Notes: generated by a model from the sequence alone, not told the origin. Numbered from the stretch's first letter, positions 46,910-56,004 are shown. The stretch: 64,000 nucleotides of DNA from Bacillota bacterium (GCA_007122335.1 SKTZ01000071.1:2524-66523); one strand, 5' to 3'. Program-made: numbers and translations.

Positions 46910-48688
46910 ATGACCAGAATTAATATTGAAAAACTGGCTTCATTGCCGTCATTTTATTTACCCCGCCTGTCACCAAAAGGCGACCTTCTGGCTTTTTTTG
47001 GAGATTATTCGGGCCAGATGGAAATCTATATAAAAGACCTGAAAACAGGCGACACCAGACAGGTAACAAATGGGGATGCCCCTCGCTCCATAAGGGCCCA
47101 GTTTATCTGGCATCCAGATAATAAGCATATTATCTTTCCCAGGGACCGGGACGGGGACGAAAACCATAACCTGTTTTTACTTAATACCAAAACGGGGAAC
47201 ATAAAGCAATTAACCAGTTATTCTGCCCAGCATTATCCTGTAGATGTGGACAAAGATGGTAAATACTTAAGCCTGACCTCCAACCGGGAAGGGCAGTTAA
47301 ATCTTTTTCTACTCAACCTAGATTCTGGAGAACTGGAGCAAATGACTTCTTTTCCCAGGCCTGTTTCCGGAGGAAACTGGTCTCCCGATGGTAAGGGAAT
47401 ATATTTCAACACAAACGAAACTCAGGACACCAGGAATAATGACATTTACCTGCTAAATTTAGAAAACAGGACTACCCAGAAGATTTTTTCTTCAGGGGCA
47501 GGCCATAGTGACCATTGCCAAAAGGTATCACCCTGCGGAAAATATCTGGGCCTGAACACGGAAAAAGAGGGTCGGACCCAGGCTGCAATCCTGCACCTTG
47601 AAACGGGGACAGTTTATTATCCGAAAACCGGTGAAGCAGAAAGCCATTTCATGGATTTTAGTCCCAGCAGTGAAAAGTGTTTGATCCGGATAAATCACAA
47701 CGCCAGTCTCAGGTTAAGGGAATATGATCTCTTTACGGGTAAAATCAGCAACCCCGAACCAGAAAGTGGTTTTACTTCCTGGGGAGAATATAAATCAGAA
47801 GAAGAAATATTTGCCCTGTTTGAAGATACTACCCATCGCCCAGAACTTATTTCCTTCCCAGGAAAAAAGTTGATTATCCCCGCTTCTTATAACGGGTACA
47901 AACCAGAAGATTTTGTTCCAGGCAGGTTAATTTCCTACCCTTCTATTGATGGTCTTGAAATCCAGGCCATTCTCTATTTGCCCCCAGGAAAAGGACCTCA
48001 TCCAGCAATTGTTATGGTCCACGGGGGGCCACTTTCCCAGGATTTCCTGGCCTTCAATCCTTTCTGCCAGTTTTTAACCAGCCTTGGTTTTGCTGTTTTA
48101 CGCCCCAATTACCGGGGTTCAACCGGTTATGGAAAAGAATTCCGGGAAAAAATCCTTGGTGACATCGGGGGAATGGAGGCCGAAGATGTAGCCCGGGGAG
48201 CAAAATTTCTGGAGAGTTTACCGGAAATTGATTCGGAAAGAATTCTCTGTATTGGAGGGAGTTACGGTGGCTACATGACCTACTGGCAGCTGGTAACCCG
48301 CCCTGAACAGTGGGCAGGAGGAATTGCCTGGATTGGAATAACTGATTGGGAAAAGCTATTCGATTCCTCGGTTGAGCATTTTAAATATTTACTGGAACAT
48401 ATTTTCAAAGCTCGTCCCGAAAAATCAAAACTCTACCGGGAAAGATCTCCCATTCACCTTGCTGAAAATTTAAGGGCCCCCCTGCAAATAATTCACGGGG
48501 TTAACGACCCCCGAGTTCCCCTTGAGCAGGCTTTAATTTTCCGGGATAAATTAAAGGAGTTGGGTTATGAAGAAAACCAAGACTTTTTCTATGAGGAACT
48601 GACTGAAGAGGGTCATGGAACCCAGGATATCCAGCAAAAAATCCGGATTTTCAAGCTCATGGAAAAATTCCTGGAAAAGTTTAAATAA
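46910..48688 (+). CDS. S9 family serine peptidase (prolyl oligopeptidase/acylaminoacyl-peptidase-like) with N-terminal beta-propeller
   Basis: TolB-like propeller repeats plus a C-terminal alpha/beta hydrolase domain with GGSYGG nucleophile elbow, Asp and His. Confidence 0.85.
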   Translation: MTRINIEKLASLPSFYLPRLSPKGDLLAFFGDYSGQMEIYIKDLKTGDTRQVTNGDAPRSIRAQFIWHPDNKHIIFPRDRDGDENHNLFLLNTKTGNIKQLTSYSAQHYPVDVDKDGKYLSLTSNREGQLNLFLLNLDSGELEQMTSFPRPVSGGNWSPDGKGIYFNTNETQDTRNNDIYLLNLENRTTQKIFSSGAGHSDHCQKVSPCGKYLGLNTEKEGRTQAAILHLETGTVYYPKTGEAESHFMDFSPSSEKCLIRINHNASLRLREYDLFTGKISNPEPESGFTSWGEYKSEEEIFALFEDTTHRPELISFPGKKLIIPASYNGYKPEDFVPGRLISYPSIDGLEIQAILYLPPGKGPHPAIVMVHGGPLSQDFLAFNPFCQFLTSLGFAVLRPNYRGSTGYGKEFREKILGDIGGMEAEDVARGAKFLESLPEIDSERILCIGGSYGGYMTYWQLVTRPEQWAGGIAWIGITDWEKLFDSSVEHFKYLLEHIFKARPEKSKLYRERSPIHLAENLRAPLQIIHGVNDPRVPLEQALIFRDKLKELGYEENQDFFYEELTEEGHGTQDIQQKIRIFKLMEKFLEKFK

Positions 48689-48694
48689 TATAAA

Positions 48695-48741
48695 GGGGCG
48701 GGATTATAAACTCAAAAGTTTATTCTCCCGCCCTTTTTTTG
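48695..48741 (+). terminator. intrinsic terminator after the S9 peptidase gene
   Basis: GGGGCGGGA...TCCCGCCC 8-bp GC stem followed by TTTTTTT. Overlaps the 3' end of the convergent methyltransferase gene. Confidence 0.7.
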
Positions 48742-49325
48742 CCTTTCCAGAAAATCTGTTGACTCCTGCGCAGGGTTAATCTCCCGATAAAACCAGCTTC
48801 TTTTCCCCACTTCTTAATCAAATCTTCATCAACCCTTTTAATTGATCTTAAAAAAATCCTTTCCAGGCCAATAATAATTTTTACCAGGAATTTTTCCTGG
48901 TCTGGCTCCTGGACCACCATGACCCCGCGCGGTTTCAAAACCCGGAAGGCTTCTCTAAACAAAGCGGACGGGTCATCGGAATGATGAAGGGTTTCAATAA
49001 CGGTAACTCGATCGAAGGTATTATTATCGAAAGGAAGATCTTCCCCCCTACCCTGAACGGTTTTAATATTCTCCATTTTAGGAACCCTTTTCAGCATCTC
49101 ACAGCTGGGATCAAGAACAGTAAAATGAAGGCAGGGACCCGGGTTCTTGGAAATAATCCGTTCAGCCAGAAGCCCCGTTCCGCCCCCAATATCGAGAATT
49201 TCACAGGACCTATTTTCTCCTCGCAGGACCAGGAGTCGAATTACCCTTTCGGGGTAATGAATCCCCAGGGCTTTGACCAGGAAATTATATACAGGTGCTA
49301 TATATTTAAAGCTTATAACAACCAC
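48720..49325 (-). CDS. class I SAM-dependent methyltransferase (type 11)
   Basis: ILDIGGGTG motif I, DPS post-I, FDRV motif II. Confidence 0.75.
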   Translation of the reverse strand: MVVISFKYIAPVYNFLVKALGIHYPERVIRLLVLRGENRSCEILDIGGGTGLLAERIISKNPGPCLHFTVLDPSCEMLKRVPKMENIKTVQGRGEDLPFDNNTFDRVTVIETLHHSDDPSALFREAFRVLKPRGVMVVQEPDQEKFLVKIIIGLERIFLRSIKRVDEDLIKKWGKEAGFIGRLTLRRSQQIFWKGKKRAGE

Positions 49326-49393
49326 TCCCTCTCTCCCTGACCTTCTAAACTAACAGGAGAACAAAAACAGTTATTAACAGGAATTCCTCTGGC

Positions 49394-49711
49394 CTATTTT
49401 TTTGTTTCGCTATCAATCCAGCGGAGAAAATCAGGATTACCTTTTTCAATTGGCCAGGTAATAACACAGGGGACATCATAGGAGTGCACATTTTTTACTT
49501 CCTGAACCAGGTCTTCAATCAAAGAAGTTCTTGTTTTTCCCACTACAAGGAACTCTTTTTTTGACTGGACCTCCCCTTCCCAGCGGAAAAAGGATTTTAC
49601 ACCGGACATAACATTTGCGCAGGCAACCAGGTTTTTCTCAACAAGGCTTGTGGCTACCCGTTCCGCTTCTTTCTCATCACCGGCAGTAATATAGAAAAAT
49701 GACCTTCCCAA
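49394..49711 (-). CDS. cutA: divalent-cation tolerance protein CutA
   Basis: 105 aa. Conserved CutA1 core (AEKIA..LVE..LAAC). Confidence 0.85.
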   Translation of the reverse strand: MGRSFFYITAGDEKEAERVATSLVEKNLVACANVMSGVKSFFRWEGEVQSKKEFLVVGKTRTSLIEDLVQEVKNVHSYDVPCVITWPIEKGNPDFLRWIDSETKK

Positions 49712-49726
49712 TGATCTCCCTCCTCC

Positions 49727-50197
49727 TTATTTATTATCCTGAATTCTTTTTTCTGACCCCAGTTCTTTTTTTACCAAACCTTCAATTCGCCCAAAAGACA
49801 GCTCCTTTTCTTCACCACCCAGTTGAAGAAAACCTTTGGTTAAATCTTCCACAGTAGATTCAAGTAAAATCATAAACTGCTGTAGAGCGAAATTATAACG
49901 AGGATCTTCAGGGTCTTTGCCAAATAGAGAATGCAAAAATCCTTCCAGCATCTGGTCCATATCCCAGAGTTTAATATGTAACAGTTCATGAATAATGGTT
50001 TCTTCGAGATTTTCGCTGGTCGGATTGAAAACGTTAACAAGCAGAATAGCTTTTTTATCATCCCGATCAACTTTAACATCGCCGGTCTTCCGCCATTTCT
50101 GGTTAACAACCTCTAACCGAATATCCCAGTCCCGCAGTCGTAAAATCTCCTGCCACTTTTCCAGGTAAGAAAGTAAATCTTTTTCCTTGAATTCCAT
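49727..50197 (-). CDS. hypothetical protein with HExxH motif (possible SprT/WLM-like minimal zinc metallohydrolase)
   Basis: 156 aa. IIHELLHIKLWDMD contains HExxH followed by an acidic residue. No other recognisable domain. Confidence 0.35.
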   Translation of the reverse strand: MEFKEKDLLSYLEKWQEILRLRDWDIRLEVVNQKWRKTGDVKVDRDDKKAILLVNVFNPTSENLEETIIHELLHIKLWDMDQMLEGFLHSLFGKDPEDPRYNFALQQFMILLESTVEDLTKGFLQLGGEEKELSFGRIEGLVKKELGSEKRIQDNK

Positions 50198-50220
50198 TTA
50201 AATCACCTCAAACAATTTTT

Positions 50221-50379
50221 TCAGTTGGCTTTTTTTCCCGAGAAATAATCAAAAATTGCCCCAATTGCAATTCCTAGAGAAAAGCCAAGTGCAATATTAT
50301 CCACAATTAAACCAAACATTAACCCCAACGCAATTCCAACGCTAATCCCCTTGCCATAAAAATGTTTTCCTTCAGCCAA
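50221..50379 (-). CDS. small glycine-zipper membrane peptide (about 52 aa)
   Basis: TTG start after a GGGGGGAG RBS. Encodes LAEGKHFYGKGISVGIALGLMFGLIVDNIALGFSLGIAIGAIFDYFSGKKAN with GxxxG repeats. Below the ORF-track threshold. Confidence 0.3.
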   Translation of the reverse strand: MAEGKHFYGKGISVGIALGLMFGLIVDNIALGFSLGIAIGAIFDYFSGKKAN

Positions 50380-50431
50380 AAAACTCCCCCCGTCTCAAAT
50401 AGAACTCGGTGGATTTTCAAAACCAAGTTTT

Positions 50432-51157
50432 TCAGGATCCCAACCCCGCCCTTACAACAATTGCCGGACTTTCCACAGAGTAAGGGGTTAGCTTAAAATC
50501 CCCAAAGAATTCATTTTTATTGAATCCAGATTCTTTTAAAGCCCTTTCCAGTTCTTCCCGGCACAGGGCCTGAAGTTTTACCTCCTGCTCATAAACCCGG
50601 TTTTGATTTTTCACCCGCAAACGGGTCCGGAAAAGCACACTCTTTTCTGCTTGCGAAATGGTATAAAATCTTTCGAACTTAATTTTTTCATTTTCAATTA
50701 CAGGAAGTTCTTTTATTCTTTCTCTCAGAATACGATCATAATTGACAATTTGCAGGAAAAACCAGCCCCGCGCATCTATTATTTTAGCAGTTTTTTTAAT
50801 AAAATCAAAAATTTTCTCCCTGGTGGGAAGGTGAACCAGTGTATTCCCAAAACAAACAACTCCGGAAAAACTATTTTCCGCAAATTTTTTATCCACTTCA
50901 AGCATATCCATATGCCAATATTCCAGGTTTGGGAGGGCATCTTCCTGCTTCGCTGTTTGGACCATACTTTCATTCAAATCTATTCCCACCACCCTATACC
51001 CCCTTTCAGCAAGGGCCCGGGTCAGGTTCCCAGTAGCAGAACCAACTTCAATAATACTTGCCCCGGGAAAAAGGCTTGCAGTAATAAATTCTACTTGTTG
51101 AGAATTCAGAGGGAAAATATAATTATAATAACGACTTATTGCAGTATAGAAATCCAT
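50432..51157 (-). CDS. class I SAM-dependent methyltransferase
   Basis: IIEVGSATGNLTRALA motif I and DLNESM post-I. Start set at MDFYTAIS, which has an AAGGAG RBS 9 nt upstream; the listed ORF starts 75 nt earlier. Confidence 0.7.
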   Translation of the reverse strand: MDFYTAISRYYNYIFPLNSQQVEFITASLFPGASIIEVGSATGNLTRALAERGYRVVGIDLNESMVQTAKQEDALPNLEYWHMDMLEVDKKFAENSFSGVVCFGNTLVHLPTREKIFDFIKKTAKIIDARGWFFLQIVNYDRILRERIKELPVIENEKIKFERFYTISQAEKSVLFRTRLRVKNQNRVYEQEVKLQALCREELERALKESGFNKNEFFGDFKLTPYSVESPAIVVRAGLGS

Positions 51158-51443
51158 CTTCCAGTTCTCCTTTAAATTAATTTTCCCGAGAAAAACGTTC
51201 TTTTTATAATAAGGATATTTTATCCTTTGCAAATTTCGTCACCCCTCCTTTCCATTCCTTTGAAAAACCAGTTTTTATTTTCATACTCCTCTTTTTATTT
51301 TTTAAAAACCGGAATTCAAACTATCAATCCAACTTTATGTATACTTTTTCTTTTACCTGGTTTATAATGTTGATGAATGAAAAAATTTTAAAAAAATTAA
51401 CTGCAATTTCTCAATCCCCCAAAATGAAGCGGAGGTTTTTTAA

Positions 51444-52769
51444 TTGGGTAAACTAAAAATAATATTATTCTTCTTCATTCTAACTATTCTTTTCTCCACT
51501 ACAGTTTTTGGCAATTCACAGGATAATTCCAGTTCTCTGCAAAAGATTGCCGTTTTAAACTTTTCTGTTCTCGATGAAAAGGGGAACCTGATTGATCCCC
51601 TGCATCTCCAGCATACCGAATTATTAAGCCTGTCCCGGACCATGGCCATGGGAATTGCCTCCCGGCTGGTTCAGTACAGGAACTTTGACGTTTATGACCC
51701 AATGTTATTGCGGGAAAAGAAAAATATTGCTCCCTTCCCTCCTGAAATGACTCCTTATGAGCAGGCTCAAATTCTCCTGACTCAGCACGGTTTCGACCAG
51801 GTAATCACAGGATCAATTACTTCAATGTCCAATATTGTTGTTCTTGGCGTCCAGCGGTTTGATTTAGAGGATGATAAACCCCGATTGCTTGGTTCATCCA
51901 TGGCCACGGCTCCTCGAACGAGCGATGCCCCCGCCCAGATCGATTCGCTGCTTTCCATTTTATTTCCGCCCGAAACTCCTGTTATCGAGCGTTCCATCGA
52001 ACAAATTTTTGTCGCCCCCACCATGCTCAGGATCAGTCTTGGTTCTTCACATAAGATAAACCCTCTCGCTTTAGATAGTCTGGGTCGTCCTGTTCCAGAC
52101 CCCACTTTCTTATATATTTCAAGTGACGAAAGCAGGGTTCATGTCGATGATAATGGAGTTATAACGGCCTTAAAACCTGGGACAACTACCATCAGTATTA
52201 GAGGAGTAAGCCGAAGCGCAAGCTCTGGTTCTCCGGCAACAATGACTGTGGTTGTTGTTCCGCCCGTTTTTGGTATCCGGGTAGGCTCATTAATCCCCGA
52301 CGCTTTTGAAGGTGGGAATTTCCCCGTTAAGATGGGTTTCAGGTTTACTCCCTCATTTGACCAGGGAGGTCCCAAAGACCCTCTTGCCGAGGCTTCTAAA
52401 GCAGCCAGCGCTGATCCTACAAACCCCCTGGCTTATGTTGGAACTTTCTTTAGTTCCCTGTTTTCCAGCGGGATAATGACTTTTGATCTGGATTTTGATC
52501 CCAGTGATGAACTTCTATTTGCATTAAGTGGAATTCAGAGAACCTCCAGTGGTTTCATTGGCACTGGTGTTGGTTATGCAACTCCCCTGGGGATGAGTGA
52601 AACAAAGGGTTTTGTTTTCAGGTTTACAGCCGGAACCCAGATATTTTCTTTTTCCCGGGTAACTCTGCCCGTGGAAACCAACATAGATATGATTTTCCCA
52701 ACCAGCGGAACAGGTCGACCGTCCTTTCGCTTCGGGATCAATTTTGGTATCGATCTTTTTCCTCTTTAA
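51444..52769 (+). CDS. secreted protein of unknown function, paralog A (signal peptide, CsgG/LpoB-like N-domain, Big_2 Ig-like domain, beta-rich C-terminus)
   Basis: 441 aa. TTG start with GGAGG RBS and a hydrophobic signal peptide. IAVLNFSVLDEKGN...FDQVITGSI is an alpha/beta domain of CsgG/LpoB/TolB-N type. LRISLGSSHKI...LKPGTTTISIRGVS is Big_2-like. The C-terminal ~190 aa show alternating hydrophobic beta-strand periodicity and end in FRFGINFGIDLFPL. Confidence 0.6.
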   Translation: MGKLKIILFFFILTILFSTTVFGNSQDNSSSLQKIAVLNFSVLDEKGNLIDPLHLQHTELLSLSRTMAMGIASRLVQYRNFDVYDPMLLREKKNIAPFPPEMTPYEQAQILLTQHGFDQVITGSITSMSNIVVLGVQRFDLEDDKPRLLGSSMATAPRTSDAPAQIDSLLSILFPPETPVIERSIEQIFVAPTMLRISLGSSHKINPLALDSLGRPVPDPTFLYISSDESRVHVDDNGVITALKPGTTTISIRGVSRSASSGSPATMTVVVVPPVFGIRVGSLIPDAFEGGNFPVKMGFRFTPSFDQGGPKDPLAEASKAASADPTNPLAYVGTFFSSLFSSGIMTFDLDFDPSDELLFALSGIQRTSSGFIGTGVGYATPLGMSETKGFVFRFTAGTQIFSFSRVTLPVETNIDMIFPTSGTGRPSFRFGINFGIDLFPL

Positions 52770-52775
52770 TAATCC

Positions 52776-52812
52776 GCACCTGCCTCTGCAGGTGCTTTTT
52801 TGTTTTTTGAAA
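52776..52812 (+). terminator. intrinsic terminator after paralog A
   Basis: GCACCTGC-CTCT-GCAGGTGC perfect hairpin followed by TTTTTTGTTTTTT. Confidence 0.85.
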
Positions 52813-52941
52813 AGCAATAATAGGAAATTATTTCTTTTTGCTATACTTACCTCGGGCTTTAGGGTATAATTATTTTTAAACAGAGTTTGCTGGAAATTTT
52901 GTTTTTTTATTGCCATAGTTTTATTTTAAAGGGGGCTTTTT

Positions 52942-54267
52942 ATGTTTAAATTAAAAACCTTTCTATTGGTTCTTTGCCTGGTTTGTTTAATATCTTTACC
53001 AGCAGAGGCCGGGAATCTAAACATTGCAGAACAAAAAGAGAAAATAGCTGTCCTGAATTTTTCTATTCTTGATGAACAAGGAAACCTATTAGATCCCCTT
53101 TCCCTTGGAAACGCAGAAATAATAACCCTTTCTCGTTCAATGCCCCTGGGAGTTGCTTCCAGGTTAGTCCAATTCGGTAATTTCGAAGTATATGACCATA
53201 TGTATCTTAAAGAAACCATTGAGGTAATTCCATTTCCGGTTGATATGCCTCCCTTTGAGCAGGCTCGAATTTTACTTACAGAATATGGTTTTGACCAGGT
53301 AATTATCGGTTCTATTGCCCCCATGCAAAACCTTGTAATTATTGGTCTGCAGCGATATGATTATTTTCGAGACAAACCTCGTATCCTTGGTTCAGCAATG
53401 ACAACTGCCCCCCGAACAACAGATGTGCCTGCTCAAATCGACCCTCTACTTACAAAGCTATTCCCACCAGAAATTCCAGTTATTGAAAGCCCCATAGACC
53501 AGGTTTATGTTATCCCCAGTCTGCTTCGGATTAACCTCGGTTCATCCCATCAAATTTCGGCCATCGCCCTGGACAGTCTGGGACGCCCCCTAACAGACCC
53601 CACGTTTTTATATATTTCAGGTGACGAATCTAAGGTTTTTGTTGATGAAGGAGGCAGAATCAAGGGCCTGCAGCCCGGGACCACTACTGTCAGCGTGCGG
53701 GGAATCAGCCGGACTGCTCGTTCTGGCCCCCCTGCAACCATGACCGTAGTTGTAGTTCCTCCCGCCTTTGGGATCCGGCTGGGAACCTTACTCACCGACC
53801 GCTCCGGAACTGATAGTTTTCCCATTCGGATGGGATTCAGATTCACTCCATCCTTTGACCAGAGTTTGCAGAAACAAGATCTCCCGGCCACACCCGCCCC
53901 CGCTGCAGCAACTGATCCCACAAACCCCCTGGCCTTCATCGGCTCCTTTTTCAGCTCTCTATTAACCAGTGGATTAATGACCTTCGACCTTGATTTTGAC
54001 CCCAATGATGAGATCCTTTTCGCCCTAAATGGTATCCAGAGATCCTCAACCGGTTACATCGGGACAGGGGTGGGGTACGCCACTCCTCTGGGTGAAAGCG
54101 AAACCCAGGGTTTTGTTTTCCGCTTTACTGCCGGGGTTCAGGTCCGTTCAATGTCAAGGTTGAGTTTCCCCGTGGAAGCAATTGTTGACATGATCATTCC
54201 CACTACGGGAGACATCCGGCCTTCATTCCGCCTGGGAGTCAACCTGGGAATTGATCTTTTCCCCTGA
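52942..54267 (+). CDS. secreted protein of unknown function, paralog B (same architecture as 51444-52769)
   Basis: 441 aa, about 60% identical to paralog A over the full length with the same domain order. Own promoter region and terminator. Confidence 0.6.
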   Translation: MFKLKTFLLVLCLVCLISLPAEAGNLNIAEQKEKIAVLNFSILDEQGNLLDPLSLGNAEIITLSRSMPLGVASRLVQFGNFEVYDHMYLKETIEVIPFPVDMPPFEQARILLTEYGFDQVIIGSIAPMQNLVIIGLQRYDYFRDKPRILGSAMTTAPRTTDVPAQIDPLLTKLFPPEIPVIESPIDQVYVIPSLLRINLGSSHQISAIALDSLGRPLTDPTFLYISGDESKVFVDEGGRIKGLQPGTTTVSVRGISRTARSGPPATMTVVVVPPAFGIRLGTLLTDRSGTDSFPIRMGFRFTPSFDQSLQKQDLPATPAPAAATDPTNPLAFIGSFFSSLLTSGLMTFDLDFDPNDEILFALNGIQRSSTGYIGTGVGYATPLGESETQGFVFRFTAGVQVRSMSRLSFPVEAIVDMIIPTTGDIRPSFRLGVNLGIDLFP

Positions 54268-54279
54268 TAGTTTAAAAAT

Positions 54280-54308
54280 CACCTGCCCAGTGGGCAGGTG
54301 ATTTTTTA
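54280..54308 (+). terminator. bidirectional intrinsic terminator between paralog B and the DUF123 gene
   Basis: CACCTGCCC-AGT-GGGCAGGTG perfect hairpin flanked by an A-run and a T-run. Confidence 0.85.
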
Positions 54309-54689
54309 TTCTTTACCGGGTAGAGGATGGGATCCGGGAAAATAATATAAATGGGAAGGACAATTGCAATCTGAAGAACCAAAACCCGGCATTATGACCT
54401 CTCCTCCCTCGGCGGCAAGAATTTCTGCGATTTGGCATTCTGAACCCATATTTTCGGGATATAAACGGAGGGAAACAGGAAAAGCCCTGCTGGAAAGATA
54501 ATCAATGTGCCACCTTTTTTTCTTGTGAGAACTTAAATGGCGGGCTACTCTGGACCGGATCCCTTTTTGGGCCCTACCCACATAAAAATAAAATCCAGGC
54601 GGGAAATATTCCCGCCCTTTTTTACCCACTGTTATCTCCTGTCCTGAAAACAGATTTAGCTTTAAACAGTAAAATTTATAACCCACCAA
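54306..54689 (-). CDS. DUF123 protein (GIY-YIG-like nuclease superfamily)
   Basis: GFYFYVGRAQKG...RVARHLS.HKKKRWHIDYL and C-terminal GFGSSDCNCPSHLYYF match the DUF123 family, which is mostly archaeal. Confidence 0.6.
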   Translation of the reverse strand: MVGYKFYCLKLNLFSGQEITVGKKGREYFPPGFYFYVGRAQKGIRSRVARHLSSHKKKRWHIDYLSSRAFPVSLRLYPENMGSECQIAEILAAEGGEVIMPGFGSSDCNCPSHLYYFPGSHPLPGKE

Positions 54690-54721
54690 AACTTATCCGC
54701 CTCCAAACCTAAACAGTGGCC

Positions 54722-55570
54722 TTATTTGAAATACATGCAGACTCCGACAACTCCTGGACCGGAATGGACTCCAAGGGTTGGTCCAATATCTCCAAAGAAA
54801 GAGGCCTCAATTTCGAAAGCCTGTTCTAAAGCCTGCTGCATTTTCTTTCCCATTTCCTGGGCATCCCCCTGAGCAATGGCCAGACCCCCGGGTTCTCGTC
54901 CCTGAGAATAATCCTGGAATTTTCTCACCACTTCCCTGATTACCTGGGGTTTGTTACGGGCCCGGCCTGCAGGTGCCACTCCCTCTGGGACTAACTGGAG
55001 AATGGGTTTAACTTTTAATATGGAACCCATCAGACTTTTGGCTTTACTTATCCTGCCCCCCAGATACAGGTATTTTAAACTGTCCAGGGTAAAATATGTT
55101 GCACTGTTATCCCGGACACTCTGGAGATGTTCCAAAACCTGGTCAGAAGAATATCCCTTTTTGATAGCATTTACCGCTTCCCTGATCTGAAGCCCAATGC
55201 CCAGGCTAACTGTATAAGAATCAAAAATATGGATTGCACCTTCCACTTTCTCTCGGGCCAACTGTGCAGCATTTATGGTCCCGCTCAAACTTGAAGATAA
55301 GTGGATAGAGATAATTTTACGATAATCTTTTAATAACTCCTGGTAAACACGGATAAAATCCTCGGGAGGTGGTTGTGATGATTTAGGCAGGGTATCGGAA
55401 GAACGCAAACGCTTGTAGAATTCTGCTGGTTTAATATCTTCGCCATCTCGATATTCCCCGTCAGGGAAAATTACCCGCAGGGGAACAATTTTTATATTAT
55501 GTTCTCGGGCAAAATCCTGGGGTAAATCAGCAGTGCTATCTGTTACGAGGGCTATATCCTTCATATTCAA
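54722..55570 (-). CDS. DegV-family fatty-acid-binding protein (second copy)
   Basis: IALVTDSTADLP N-terminus and the DegV fold. Confidence 0.8.
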   Translation of the reverse strand: MNMKDIALVTDSTADLPQDFAREHNIKIVPLRVIFPDGEYRDGEDIKPAEFYKRLRSSDTLPKSSQPPPEDFIRVYQELLKDYRKIISIHLSSSLSGTINAAQLAREKVEGAIHIFDSYTVSLGIGLQIREAVNAIKKGYSSDQVLEHLQSVRDNSATYFTLDSLKYLYLGGRISKAKSLMGSILKVKPILQLVPEGVAPAGRARNKPQVIREVVRKFQDYSQGREPGGLAIAQGDAQEMGKKMQQALEQAFEIEASFFGDIGPTLGVHSGPGVVGVCMYFK

Positions 55571-55586
55571 ACCTCCCCTTTTTGAA

Positions 55587-55940
55587 CTAAAAACTTATAA
55601 CCTTATCTGCTTCTTCAATCCAATCGGCAAGCAAATCCATTCCTCCTTTTTCCGCTCCCTCAATTAAATCCAGGTTTTCCAGACCCCTGAACTGGGCACA
55701 TGTACCGCAATAACTAACCCTGGCGCCTTTTTTTATTATTGATTTCAACATCCGTTCAATATTATAAAAGCCCTGGGTTGTTTTTTGATTAACCAGCAGG
55801 GCGGTTACAGCATCTGCAAACAGGAACAAAAAAAGTTCTATATCCCTTTTCCCGCGCTGCAGAGCCATCGCCGTCCTCAAACCGTTATATGTCCTATCGC
55901 TTCCGTAAGGGGCCCCTTGGATTATTACTAAAATTTTCAT
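55587..55940 (-). CDS. DsrE/DsrF/TusD-like sulfur-relay family protein
   Basis: 117 aa. KILVIIQGAPYGS N-terminus and a conserved Cys in CGTC. Confidence 0.65.
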   Translation of the reverse strand: MKILVIIQGAPYGSDRTYNGLRTAMALQRGKRDIELFLFLFADAVTALLVNQKTTQGFYNIERMLKSIIKKGARVSYCGTCAQFRGLENLDLIEGAEKGGMDLLADWIEEADKVISF

Positions 55941-56004
55941 GCTTTTTCCTCCCCCATTTTATTTCCTGCCTTTCTCTGAGAATCCTTTAAATTCAATTGT
56001 TTTT

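Noticed and set aside
51440-52375. Several minus-strand ORFs (69-107 aa) antisense to secreted paralog A, and similar ones (53550-54005) antisense to paralog B
   Set aside because: They are embedded in and antisense to the longer, signal-peptide-bearing, mutually conserved paralog genes. Conservation between A and B is in the plus-strand frame.
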